DNA of 47,567 nucleotides from Nitrospirota bacterium (GTDB lineage Bacteria; Nitrospirota; Nitrospiria; Nitrospirales; NS-4): NCBI GenBank assembly GCA_963788195.1, contig CAWBGA010000003.1, positions 1 to 47,567 of the forward strand, read 5' to 3'. Shown piece by piece: positions 1 to 9,403 of this stretch (position 1 is its first letter; each line of letters starts with the position of its first letter). The notes under the pieces were generated by a model. It saw only the letters and a program-made list of their open reading frames with translations, ran no database searches and was not told where the DNA came from. The position numbers and the translations under genes were made by a program.

Positions 1-146
1 CCCAGTTTTTCTCAGCGTTTAGCCGCATACACAGTGCAGCCTAAAAACGTCCACGTATTAAAGTCTTGTTCCGGGAAGGGTTCCTTGGACATTTCCAATC
101 TAAAAATTGTGACCGTGGCCTCTGGCGGTGAAAACGTAAAATCGTA

Positions 147-206
147 AGTGTGTTGTCCCTGCAAGGGCGTAAATATAGTGTGTTGTCCCTGCAAGGGCGT
201 AAATAT
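147..206. repeat. Perfect 2 x 30-bp tandem duplication (IFTPLQGQHT x2)
   Basis: agtgtgttgtccctgcaagggcgtaaatat at 147-176 and 177-206. Confidence 0.95.
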
Positions 207-540
207 CTGGCGCCACTCACCCATAGAGGCCACCATTGGGCGATGTGGAGGGGGGAAGTTCCAATCCCAATCGAGAGTACAGGAGAAAGTATATGTATAC
301 GGGACCCGGTATTCATCAAAAAAGGTAATCTCGACTCGTGGATCCTGAACCCAGACGATTGGATTCGGGGGCACCTGTCTCATAGGATAGAATTTAAATT
401 TTGCAGAATTTGAACTAACCGAGGTGGGGTCATTAAGTTCAAGGCTCACATATCGCCACCCCGGGTGGAGGCTTTCGGGAAGCCTCCCATCAAACTTCCC
501 AACCACCTTGAGATTCGAAGTGGCCGCCTGGGAGGGTGAA

Positions 541-567
541 GGTCCCGCTGTGACGGTCCCGCTGTGA
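541..567. repeat. 14-bp-period tandem duplication causing a frameshift
   Basis: ggtcccgctgtga-c-ggtcccgctgtga. Confidence 0.9.
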
Positions 568-1349
568 TGGCAGCCGCAGCCGCTGGCACGCGGGGCACGG
601 GCGAAGTTGTCGCCTTGCTTTGGACGACGGCAGTCTGCACTTGCACGCGACCGAGCGCTGAAGCGATCGCTCGCGCACGCGTCCCGCTGAATGAGCCTGT
701 CGCATCCAAGCCCTGCCCGCCGGGGAGCAGCAACACAAGATGGATTTCGTCTTCCTGGCCCTCTGCGGCGATCGCCAACGCTAGGGGCGACGCGACGGTT
801 TCCTCATGCGTCGTCGCGATGGCCTGGATCTCTATGGCCGGCTGCGGGGGAGCGGCAACTAACCGGAGGTGCGTCTCCGCGGATTGCTCAACGCGGTACG
901 TGCCGGCAGCCACTGTCAGGTCGCTGCCGTCCGGCGAAGTAAAATGCACCGCCCTGTCGAGCAGCACGGCAGGGGATTCGGGCGCCGCCCATCCCATGGC
1001 TGTGATGAGGAGACTACCGACGAGGCACGTAATGGTGGCGGATAGTGGTCTGATCATGGCTGTCCTTTCTCTGCGTCTGACTGCGATGGTCTACAGGAGC
1101 GCACTAAAGCACCGCATGCTTGGTCTGGGTAGGCTGCATTTTCAACCATGGGCTCGAGCAGGACCGTGGGGGAGAGAGGCTTTGCCCTTGGGCGGTACGT
1201 CAGCTGAAAGACAAAGGATCACCGCGCCGTCGCGCCTGCCGGCAGCACCTTATATCACAAAGGGGGGTATACTACTATCCCCTCAGATTCTCTATGCTAA
1301 GTTCAACGCCGTAGGGTGTAGGCGTCGCAGTCAATAGTGTGGTGCATCA

Positions 1350-1904
1350 TCAGGGTATTCTGAATATCACTTCTTTGCTGGTGACGCCACCCTCTGCATC
1401 GCCCAGGGTTATTCTTACCTTGTGTTCACCCGACGGCAAGTTCGCGTCGGGGATTTTGATGCCGGTCGGGGAGGCGTAAGCGGTCAATCGATCGGTGATG
1501 TCGATACGGACCAGCTTTACGACGCTCACCTTTAATGTCGAAAGATCCACTGGCGCGCTGCGAGGGGTAAATCGAACCACTACTTCAGTGGGCACCGAGA
1601 TAGTCTCGTGCTCGATAGGCTTGAGGAGTTCGATCATAGGGCCGGCGTCCGGAAGCTTTGGCCCAAGCCCACGCGACCGGATCAGCGGCTCGGCCTCGTC
1701 TGCTGTCGCCGCTTCCTCCGGGGTGATGAGCCACAGGCCGTCTGAGGCGCCGGCTGCCAGCGCTACCGAGCCAAGGGCCGTCAAGGTGATAAGACTAAAG
1801 GCTAGACAGGAAAGGTAAGACAGAAACGCGTCTCTCTTGCGCCTCGGGCACAGGCCGGGCCTAGGCTGCGATAACTCCTTGAGGTTTGCCAGATAACGCC
1901 TCAT
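1350..1904 (-). CDS. Exported hypothetical protein (LITPEEAA...RSRG...GPxIE, Ig-like C-terminus)
   Basis: ATG at 1904 overlaps the upstream stop (ATGA). Hydrophobic signal segment ends in ALA; compact beta-rich C-terminal domain. Confidence 0.75.
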   Translation of the reverse strand: MRRYLANLKELSQPRPGLCPRRKRDAFLSYLSCLAFSLITLTALGSVALAAGASDGLWLITPEEAATADEAEPLIRSRGLGPKLPDAGPMIELLKPIEHETISVPTEVVVRFTPRSAPVDLSTLKVSVVKLVRIDITDRLTAYASPTGIKIPDANLPSGEHKVRITLGDAEGGVTSKEVIFRIP

Positions 1905-2608
1905 GGACATCTGTGACCGTCCCATCTCACCTCCGAAAAACCAACCCCACCCCCAGGTCCAAGATATGGTCTGCTTCCGGTGTAACTCCACAGACCCATA
2001 CACGACAGTAGACTTTCCAGCACGCGAATCCTTGCTAGCAGCGCCTGGGGCTCGAGTTCTTTCTTGGCCTTCTCTTCTTCTGCCGTGCGTCGCTGAAGCT
2101 CTGCAAGAATCGCTGGATTCGATGTGACGGCACTACCCCCGATCGAAGGCCCAACCTTGTTTGCTTCTTGCTGGATCAGGGCGGCGTTGATTCGGCTGGA
2201 ACTGGGAATTCTGGACTGCACATCTCGCGGCCTTGCGACGCTGAAGTACCCTATGGCATCGAACGCTTTTCCGCCGGGGAGCAGTAGCACGATATGTAGA
2301 CTATCAGGATCGTCCGAGATCAGCAGAGCGACATGAGAGGAAACCTGTTCCTGGTGACTTGTCACCGCAGCCGGCAATGTGATCGTGTCCGTTCCCTTGC
2401 GCAGCTCGATGACCGATCGAGATTCCGACCCTGGTCCAATGGCGTAGGAATCTGGTGCAACCGCGATATCGGTTCCTTCGTCCGAGGTAAAATGTACCTC
2501 CCGATTTAACGTAATCGTCGGTGGATTCTGAACATTGAGATCGGCTGCCGAGGCAAAGGCAACCACGCCGAAACAAATACTGGGAAGCAACCAAAGCATT
2601 GTCCTCAT
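1901..2608 (-). CDS. Exported protein: conserved domain, short coiled coil and small disulfide-bonded tail
   Basis: Signal peptide (ASA-A); ITLNREVHF...HIVLLLPGGKAFDAIG...RPRD; two C-terminal Cys. Confidence 0.85.
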   Translation of the reverse strand: MRTMLWLLPSICFGVVAFASAADLNVQNPPTITLNREVHFTSDEGTDIAVAPDSYAIGPGSESRSVIELRKGTDTITLPAAVTSHQEQVSSHVALLISDDPDSLHIVLLLPGGKAFDAIGYFSVARPRDVQSRIPSSSRINAALIQQEANKVGPSIGGSAVTSNPAILAELQRRTAEEEKAKKELEPQALLARIRVLESLLSCMGLWSYTGSRPYLGPGGGVGFSEVRWDGHRCP

Positions 2609-2660
2609 GACGATCTCCTTTCGAGTCGTGCGTACAGGCTCACTCCGATCGATACCGCCG

Positions 2661-4229
2661 CTACGGACAGGCCGTCGTCAGTTTTGTGAACAGTACATCA
2701 ATATTAATTCGATCGGTGCGATCATCGAGCACCACCGTTTGGCCCCCCTGTACAGGGACTTCCTTGGCCCATCCACGCGGGACCTGCCCGTGTCGATATC
2801 CACGATTCTTCAGGTCGGTGATATAGCGATTCCGCACGTACTTCGTACTGAACGCGCCGAGCCCGCTGAAGTAGTGGGCGACCAGGTGGGCTGGATCGAG
2901 GGCCATTTCCCCTGCGTATGTTGGGCCATCGTCGTGATCGTCCCAGCCCCAGGGAGGATGAGGCGAATCGGTAGAGCAGGTGACCGTGATGCCGGAGCCG
3001 CACCCGCCACCCCCGTCGCCCTTTATAGCTCCCCATCTCGCAAAGGTTTGTGCTTGGTTGCGCGCGAGGGGGGCTTCGTCAAGTTGGCGCTGCCATAACC
3101 CCCCCGGCGCAAAGAAGTCGATTAGCATGTAGTCCACATGCCGATCGTTTCCTGATGTCGGCACATCGGACCTGGTCCGTGAAGGAAAATAGATGACGCC
3201 GTCTTCGTTGGGTTTGCCGTGAAAATCAGACGTATAGGGGAAGGCTTTCAACCCATGCCCCTTCGCCTGCTGAACGGTGAGGGGATGCCACGCGCCATCG
3301 TACTGCTGCAGGGTCAACGTGCCGTCGATATTCTCGTGGCCGTTCCGGAGCGGGCTGCCTGCAGGGGTGTAGGAAAAGAAGTCTAAATGATACACCGTGA
3401 TCATCCCTTCGAGTTTTCCATAAGGAGTTCCATCCCTTCGGACGATGGTGAGCAACCCCTCCATATCGTTCTCATGTTCTTGATCGGCGGAAGAGTCGGT
3501 CCAGTCCCTGGGATGGAAGAATCCATAGGCAATGAACCAGTGCGTGCAGGTTTCGACGACGGAATAGTATGCATAGGCGGCAAGCGGAAACTTCGTGAGA
3601 TTTTCCCAGTTGTCGGTGGCGATCCAATTGTTGTCGTAATCGACTCGGGCGATGTAATCCGCGCGATAATTGGTACTGTCCGTATCTTGATAGTGAATCG
3701 GAGCGTACGCGTATGCGAGATCAAAGTCGCTTGGCCTCGTCCCGATCGGCGGCGTGCGGTGATCGCGGACGACAGGGCCCTGCTGGACGAAGGCAGCCTG
3801 CAACTGCACCATGGACACCGCTGCGGGGCTTCCTCCGCGCGGCCGTATGCCGCTGTACGTGCCTGCCGCATCCAGAGCTTTGCCTCCCGGCGCGAGTAGG
3901 ACCACGTGATGTTCGTCTTCTCCGCTGGGAATGGAAAGCGCCACATGTGACTCAATGGACTGTTCATGCGGGAGTGCCATAGCCGCCACCGTCAGTGGCT
4001 GTCCTGAGGCGGCATCTACCGGTATCAAACGGAGCTTGACGTCTTCGATCGAGTCCACCTGATAGCGGCCCGGCGCGGCCAGCACATCCGCTCCATCGGG
4101 GGCGGAAAAATGGACCGCCTTCTCGATTGTTACCGTTGTGAGGCGCGATGGCGTGTCCTGCGTTGTTGCGCAGGCCCCTGCAAAGAAAAACATTGCGGCG
4201 CCCAGCGCGAGCATTTGTCCTCGAATCAT
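2661..4229 (-). CDS. Lipoprotein: conserved domain plus NPP1/Vps62-like (HxxDxE) cargo
   Basis: Lipobox-like AGAC; domain ends GIRPRG; cargo has YAPIHYQD...YYSVVET...YGFFHPRDW...EHENDMEG. Fold assigned from motif resemblance only. Confidence 0.8.
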   Translation of the reverse strand: MIRGQMLALGAAMFFFAGACATTQDTPSRLTTVTIEKAVHFSAPDGADVLAAPGRYQVDSIEDVKLRLIPVDAASGQPLTVAAMALPHEQSIESHVALSIPSGEDEHHVVLLAPGGKALDAAGTYSGIRPRGGSPAAVSMVQLQAAFVQQGPVVRDHRTPPIGTRPSDFDLAYAYAPIHYQDTDSTNYRADYIARVDYDNNWIATDNWENLTKFPLAAYAYYSVVETCTHWFIAYGFFHPRDWTDSSADQEHENDMEGLLTIVRRDGTPYGKLEGMITVYHLDFFSYTPAGSPLRNGHENIDGTLTLQQYDGAWHPLTVQQAKGHGLKAFPYTSDFHGKPNEDGVIYFPSRTRSDVPTSGNDRHVDYMLIDFFAPGGLWQRQLDEAPLARNQAQTFARWGAIKGDGGGGCGSGITVTCSTDSPHPPWGWDDHDDGPTYAGEMALDPAHLVAHYFSGLGAFSTKYVRNRYITDLKNRGYRHGQVPRGWAKEVPVQGGQTVVLDDRTDRINIDVLFTKLTTACP

Positions 4230-4287
4230 GGCGTGCTCCTTTCGTCAATGCTCAGGATCTTCAACGAGCAATCTCCCGTGCAGGCTC

Positions 4288-7068
4288 TCAGCGCATGTGC
4301 TGGGTGCTGTATCTTTGGGGCGCTCCCACTCCTGATGATTGGATGCCGAGGTGATTGTCGTTGGTCCAGTAGAACAGGATATCCGAGCCGGGGTTCGCGT
4401 CGAAGCGCCCGATCGCCGCAAACGTCCCCGGACGCGCAGGGAGATCTGTCCAATTCCCACGCCCGTCATACGAGACACTCTTGCCGTAGGCGGTGGCAAT
4501 ATCGGCGCGGCCGTTCCCATTGAAATCCGCAATGATCAGGCCGGCCATGGTCTTGGTCAACGCCTCACGCAGCGGAAAGCCCGCCCAGCTTCCTGTGGCG
4601 CTCAACGAGACCATCCACTTGCCACTCACCACACCGACGACATCCATTTTCCGATCGCCGTTGAAGTCTCCAAACCCCAGATCTGCAGCCCGGTAGCCCG
4701 AATCCTGCGTGTGCGTGAACGCGCCGACCCCGCCATCGGCCACCCACCATCGCTGTCCATCGGCGTAAAACACATCGGCGCGTTGGTCACCAATGAAATC
4801 CCCGATGCGGAACTCACTCAGCGCCGGGTCGCTTTCGTTAATCTTTTCCCATGGAGAAGCCCCCGCCCAGGACACGAGCCAGTCACGTCCACGCTGGGTA
4901 AAGACATCAGTCCGCCCATCCGCATCGAAATCCCCGAACAGGAGACTACCGATCCCGTCTGGCTGGGCACTGAGGAAACGCCACTCGGCGTTGCCTGCCG
5001 GAGAGTAGTACCAAGCGGTGCCGGTGGCCAGGAACAGGTCATCTCTCCCGTCGCCGTCGAAATCGCCCACGCCAAGGCGGGTGGTGGGATTGAGAGCATT
5101 GAACTGGTTATTATCGTAAATGAGGAGTTTGTTTTTTGCCCCGCAGTCGCTACAGACAACCGCATCCTCAGGGCTCCGGAGCGACACGTTGTGATGAAAC
5201 TCAACCCGGTAGCTGGGTTCGCCGCGCAAGTCAAAATTTTCATGTTTGTATTGCGTGCCCAGGAACGTGTTCCGGGCAATCTCGAAATACTGACCCGCAC
5301 GCCCGCCAAATCCGTTGTCACCAGTCCCGTGCACATCGAAATCATGCGGTTTCCATCTAGCTATGACGAATTTTTCCTGTGTCGGTACGTCCCAGAGCAC
5401 AAGGTTATTCCAGGCGAGGTAGCTCGTGCATCCTGATCCGTCTGCCATGATCGCGTGGCGGTTGGAAACAAACGTATTGCCCTCGATCAGTGGGAACCCG
5501 TTTCTGTGCGCCTGGACACCGTATCCCCCCTCCTGCCTTTGGTTATGGTGGATGAAATTGCGCGCGACGCGGGCGTTGTTCGGGCGGGAGCCTCTGGGAT
5601 CCCGAAAGTCCCCGCAGACGTCCGGCTGGTCGGCTCCCCAGACGTCAACGGCTTGACCTGTCCAGTCCGAGATGTCGTTATGATCAATGATCGTACGAAG
5701 GTAAAGATTGTCGCGTATGAGAATGCCTCTGAAAGAAACCTGACTGATCTCGGTGCTTCGGCTTGGTCCTTTCACACGCAGACCTGTGATGCGCACATCA
5801 TTGCCGGCGATTTCGAGCAGGGTTCCATTGGCGGACAGCTTCGCTGTCCTCAATTCTCCTCCGAAATTCGTGCCGCGGCGATTGCTGCGGATCGTGACAC
5901 CTTCCGGGATCAACAGATACACATTCGGCAGATCGATCGAGGCGCTTGGATCCACTTCGATGACTGTGCCCGGGGGTGCCTCACTGACGGCACGGACAAA
6001 GTCTTTCTCCTGCGGCACGCGCACAAAGCCGCTCGTCGGTTTTCGGTTGCTCTTGTCGGTGGCGACAAACGTCCAGAACTCGGCGTCAGCGAGCTCGCGA
6101 GAACCCAGGATGAGGGGCGTCCTGTTCGCACCGCGGTTGCCCTGCACTTTGACGACGCGGGTGCGATCCGCCGCCAGGATGATGCTGTCGCCATCGAGCG
6201 CAAAAATCTGCCCCGGGGCTGGCCCCATGGGACCGGGCTCATCCTGCAACTGGAGTGGGCCATCAAACGTCGTATACATAGGACCCCGCACATCTCCTCC
6301 TTTTACGATCGGCGCCGTATCCCGAGCGAGTACAGCAGACCCCTTGACGCCGATGACCTTCGTGCCGGCACGCAGGATGACCTCGTGACGGTTGTTGACC
6401 TCCCGCACTTCGATTTGCTGCGCGATGGTGCCGTTGCACCCATAAATGAAGACCGGAGCGCCGCTCACCTGTGGCGGTGCGCCGAAATCCAGACATTTGC
6501 CACCATAACTGACCACGGAAAACGTGGGAGGGCCTATGAAGATTTGTGCACTGCCTAATTCAGGACCAAGCAGACCTGGTACGATCCGCTGTTGCTGCAC
6601 CATGGCCGCCTGGATCTGCGTTGGCGGCACAGGAGCGAAACTGCCTCCCCGTGGCCGGACGGCGGTCAGCGAGCCAGCCGCATCCAGCCCCTTGCCCTCG
6701 GGGAGTAGCAGCACGAGGTGCAAAAGTGTCTGCTCGGCTTCGTCGGGCACGGCCAGCGCCACGGGAGCCGCGAGCGCTTCCCCATGGGTTGTCGCCATGG
6801 CCGCCACAATCAGCGGAGACGACGCGGCATCTACGGGCATCAAGCGGAGGGTGGCGCCTTCGATCGAGTCCACCTGATAACGGCCCGGCGCGGCGAGCAC
6901 ATCCGCGCCATCTGGCGCGGAAAAATGGACGGGCTTCTCAATCGTCACCGTCGTGAGGCGCGATGGTGTGTCCTGCGTTGTCGCGCAGGCCCCTGTCAGC
7001 GCAGTCGCCGTGACGAGTAATGCCAGACGAAGGAATGGCGCAATGCTCTTTTTCAGGGCTTCCAGCAT
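4288..7068 (-). CDS. Lipoprotein: conserved domain, ricin-B lectin, right-handed beta-helix and FG-GAP/VCBS repeats
   Basis: ATG at 7068 overlaps the upstream TAA; TGAC lipobox; GGKCLD...IYGCNGTIAQQ (ricin); IDHNDIS/VARNFIHHN/IEGNTFVSNRH (beta-helix); repeated GDFDGDGRDD (FG-GAP). Confidence 0.85.
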   Translation of the reverse strand: MLEALKKSIAPFLRLALLVTATALTGACATTQDTPSRLTTVTIEKPVHFSAPDGADVLAAPGRYQVDSIEGATLRLMPVDAASSPLIVAAMATTHGEALAAPVALAVPDEAEQTLLHLVLLLPEGKGLDAAGSLTAVRPRGGSFAPVPPTQIQAAMVQQQRIVPGLLGPELGSAQIFIGPPTFSVVSYGGKCLDFGAPPQVSGAPVFIYGCNGTIAQQIEVREVNNRHEVILRAGTKVIGVKGSAVLARDTAPIVKGGDVRGPMYTTFDGPLQLQDEPGPMGPAPGQIFALDGDSIILAADRTRVVKVQGNRGANRTPLILGSRELADAEFWTFVATDKSNRKPTSGFVRVPQEKDFVRAVSEAPPGTVIEVDPSASIDLPNVYLLIPEGVTIRSNRRGTNFGGELRTAKLSANGTLLEIAGNDVRITGLRVKGPSRSTEISQVSFRGILIRDNLYLRTIIDHNDISDWTGQAVDVWGADQPDVCGDFRDPRGSRPNNARVARNFIHHNQRQEGGYGVQAHRNGFPLIEGNTFVSNRHAIMADGSGCTSYLAWNNLVLWDVPTQEKFVIARWKPHDFDVHGTGDNGFGGRAGQYFEIARNTFLGTQYKHENFDLRGEPSYRVEFHHNVSLRSPEDAVVCSDCGAKNKLLIYDNNQFNALNPTTRLGVGDFDGDGRDDLFLATGTAWYYSPAGNAEWRFLSAQPDGIGSLLFGDFDADGRTDVFTQRGRDWLVSWAGASPWEKINESDPALSEFRIGDFIGDQRADVFYADGQRWWVADGGVGAFTHTQDSGYRAADLGFGDFNGDRKMDVVGVVSGKWMVSLSATGSWAGFPLREALTKTMAGLIIADFNGNGRADIATAYGKSVSYDGRGNWTDLPARPGTFAAIGRFDANPGSDILFYWTNDNHLGIQSSGVGAPQRYSTQHMR

Positions 7069-9221
7069 TATCGCCCTGGCTGTGGAATGGGTGGAGTTTG
7101 CGTCGGCGGCGATTTGGGAGCACTCTCTAACGGGGCCTCCACCGGCGGCGGAAGGTTTTCCAATGGTATGGCCGGGAAGGGCATCCCGCGCGACCAGAGA
7201 GCGAAGGCATTGCGCAGATTCACCGTGGGGCCAATCGGCCGATCCAACAAATACACCTGAGGTCTTCCAGTCTCCCGTAGCAGGGTCCGGAGTTCTGCCG
7301 GATTCATCTTGTGGACGCCGGCTTGCGCCGCGGCGTGCGTAATGTGTTGTTGGATCCCCAGCAGGCATGCGACCGCGCCGGTCACGATAGCCGACGCGCT
7401 GGAAGTCCCACCGAAGTCATGGTGGTACCATTGGCCTGCGTCCCCTTCGGCTCCGGCCACCCGGATAGTGCCATAACCGGTCGTCCAGACCCGTTCGCCC
7501 CATGCGGCGACATCGAGACGGCTTCCAGAATTGCTAAAGCACGTGGGAAACTGACCGGCTTGCGCTCGCGCGCCGACCAGAATTGCTCCCGAATCTCGAA
7601 AGGTGCGGTTGAACCTCTGCCCATAGCGGGGGTCGTCCAGGTTCATTCCCCCATTGGCGGCGGCTTCGACGACATTGAGGTTGAAGGCCGTGGCAAACCG
7701 AATCGCATCGAACTCCGCTTGGTTGTATTCCACAGGAACAAGCTCGAATTGGTCGCAATTGCAGGAGGAGGGACACGGCTGGCCACTGGGCGGCCCTGAG
7801 ACTTGAGCTTCGATGAGGATGACGTCAAATCGGCGAAGCTTGCTCATCGCCACAATAATGGCATCAGCTGTATTCGACTCTCCGTCCGGACGATACGTTG
7901 AAACGAACCCAAACTGTGCGTTGCGTGCGATCCCTGTCACCCCGTAGCCATTCCCACCTGCGCCCATCACTCCAAAGACGGCCGTGCCGTGATCTTGGGC
8001 TACAGCGGGGTTCGGATCGTTGTAGAAAGGCGGGGGCAGGTCTTCGTGAGACAGGCGCCACGCCTGCTCAATGTCAATGACGCGGACCCCCTGACCCTTG
8101 CCACCAAAGTATGGCCAGACATACGGGGCGTCAATGTCGATGAGGTACCCTTGGTTGGGCTGATAGTTCATGGTCGTCGGCGGGATATCGGCCAGCGCAT
8201 TGACTGGAATCGGTGCGAGATACGCAATCTCCACCGAGGGCAGCGCGTTCAATTCATCGACGATGTCTTCGCCCTTTGCTGTCGGCTCGAGCGACAACCG
8301 GAAGTAATTGCCCAAGTCCGCCAGTTCGATGCCAGTTTGACGCTCGGCCTCAGCTCGCTCGGATCGAAGAAACTGATCGGGCCGCGAAAAGAGCGGCGCG
8401 ACGGCCTGCACGGTGGGACGAGCGAGGATCTGATTAACTTTGCCGAGATCGGTTTGCACGACCGCGTCCGTCAAGTTCAGGTGCTGCATCCGTTTCTGCG
8501 ATTCTGCATCCATGAGACTGGGAACCAGCGCCAAGGACGGCTTCGCGCTTCGTTGGAGGGGTTGGGCCACGCGTACCGCCGCCCCTTCCTTGAACTTCAC
8601 CACCACACGGTTTCTGAGCAGGCCCTTGTAGTACACCGACCTGGCTGGTTTTTGGGGGAGTGGCCGGACCTTGAGGTTGGAGAGCGGGACCGTGACAATG
8701 TTCGACGGGGCCTGGCTAATGGCACCCGGGCTGGCCATGTTGGCGGCTCGTGTGGTGACGCCGCCGTGCGAGCCGCTGGCGTCCACGGTTTTGCCATCAG
8801 GCAGGAGCAGCACGACATGACGCTCATCCTCGCCCGGGCCGATGATGGAGACGGCCTTCGGTGCCGCTAGGGTCTCATGATGGGCCCCAACCTGCGCCGA
8901 GAGCATCAAGGATTGGTTGTCCCATTCTCTGATGAGCTTGAGCGGGGGAGTAGGAGAGACTTCAATCAGGTAGTTGCCAGGTTCAAGAATAACCGGCTTT
9001 CCCTCGGTGCTCTGCATGTGCACCTGATACCCAAGAATTACCGGCAGCCGCTCCGGCTCACCGAGGCCACGAGGTTGGACGAGCGGCGTGGCCGCAGCCT
9101 GTTCCGCCGCCTCGATTTCGCGTGCAGTTGTGCTGGCAGAACTCGGGAGATTCCGAGATGGTGCACACGCCAGCAGGGCCAATGTGCATAGGGAAACGAG
9201 TACTGGCCAGTTCGATTTCAT
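7068..9221 (-). CDS. Lipoprotein: conserved domain plus S8 subtilisin-family serine protease
   Basis: LLAC lipobox; triad motifs VIDIEQ, DHGTAV, GGTSSASA; oxyanion-hole AAANG. Confidence 0.9.
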   Translation of the reverse strand: MKSNWPVLVSLCTLALLACAPSRNLPSSASTTAREIEAAEQAAATPLVQPRGLGEPERLPVILGYQVHMQSTEGKPVILEPGNYLIEVSPTPPLKLIREWDNQSLMLSAQVGAHHETLAAPKAVSIIGPGEDERHVVLLLPDGKTVDASGSHGGVTTRAANMASPGAISQAPSNIVTVPLSNLKVRPLPQKPARSVYYKGLLRNRVVVKFKEGAAVRVAQPLQRSAKPSLALVPSLMDAESQKRMQHLNLTDAVVQTDLGKVNQILARPTVQAVAPLFSRPDQFLRSERAEAERQTGIELADLGNYFRLSLEPTAKGEDIVDELNALPSVEIAYLAPIPVNALADIPPTTMNYQPNQGYLIDIDAPYVWPYFGGKGQGVRVIDIEQAWRLSHEDLPPPFYNDPNPAVAQDHGTAVFGVMGAGGNGYGVTGIARNAQFGFVSTYRPDGESNTADAIIVAMSKLRRFDVILIEAQVSGPPSGQPCPSSCNCDQFELVPVEYNQAEFDAIRFATAFNLNVVEAAANGGMNLDDPRYGQRFNRTFRDSGAILVGARAQAGQFPTCFSNSGSRLDVAAWGERVWTTGYGTIRVAGAEGDAGQWYHHDFGGTSSASAIVTGAVACLLGIQQHITHAAAQAGVHKMNPAELRTLLRETGRPQVYLLDRPIGPTVNLRNAFALWSRGMPFPAIPLENLPPPVEAPLESAPKSPPTQTPPIPQPGR

Positions 9222-9355
9222 GTCAGTCCTCCTTGCTCCTTACTCATCTCACTCTTGGCCGCGAGTTAAGGCTTCATGAGACGTACCACCGCGATGTTGC
9301 ATCCTGTATGTCATGAACTGTGCGGACAGGTTTTTGAAATAAGCTACTGAGGGAG

Positions 9356-9384
9356 GAGAAAATGGGGATTGTCCCCATTTTCTC
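9356..9384. repeat. 13-bp perfect inverted repeat (REP-like hairpin or terminator)
   Basis: gagaaaatgggga-ttg-tccccattttctc, just downstream of the trypsin gene 9404-10855. Confidence 0.7.
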
Positions 9385-9403
9385 TCCATTCGACGAGCCT
9401 GAC

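Larger units (their letters stand above)
12..1057 (-). pseudogene. Exported protein with the conserved 'VHF...HLVLLLPGG' domain plus an unknown beta-rich cargo; frameshifted by a 14-bp tandem duplication
   Basis: ORF 446-1057 has a signal peptide and the domain. Removing one 14-bp unit at 541-567 gives ...ITAGPSPSQAATSNLKVVGKFDGRLPES, in frame with ORF 12-506. Confidence 0.75.

Noticed and set aside
147..206. Possible CRISPR array (also 47465-47545)
   Set aside because: No unique spacers between repeats and no cas genes.
1058..1349. Riboswitch or ncRNA in the larger intergenic gaps (also 22900-23147, 36506-37088)
   Set aside because: No recognisable consensus by eye; an Rfam/Infernal scan would be needed.
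4339..6558. Long plus-strand ORFs 4339-5436 and 5455-6558 (also 7989-8870, 19141-19896, and minus-strand 29427-30392)
   Set aside because: Antisense shadows of well-supported genes in GC-rich DNA; no motifs.
7069..7368. N-terminal extensions in the ORF track (4288..7368, 12476..13270, 25983..28904, 45694..46230, 46319..47443)
   Set aside because: They overlap neighbouring genes or the bridge RNA; downstream ATGs have an RBS or translational coupling and begin at signal peptides or domain starts.
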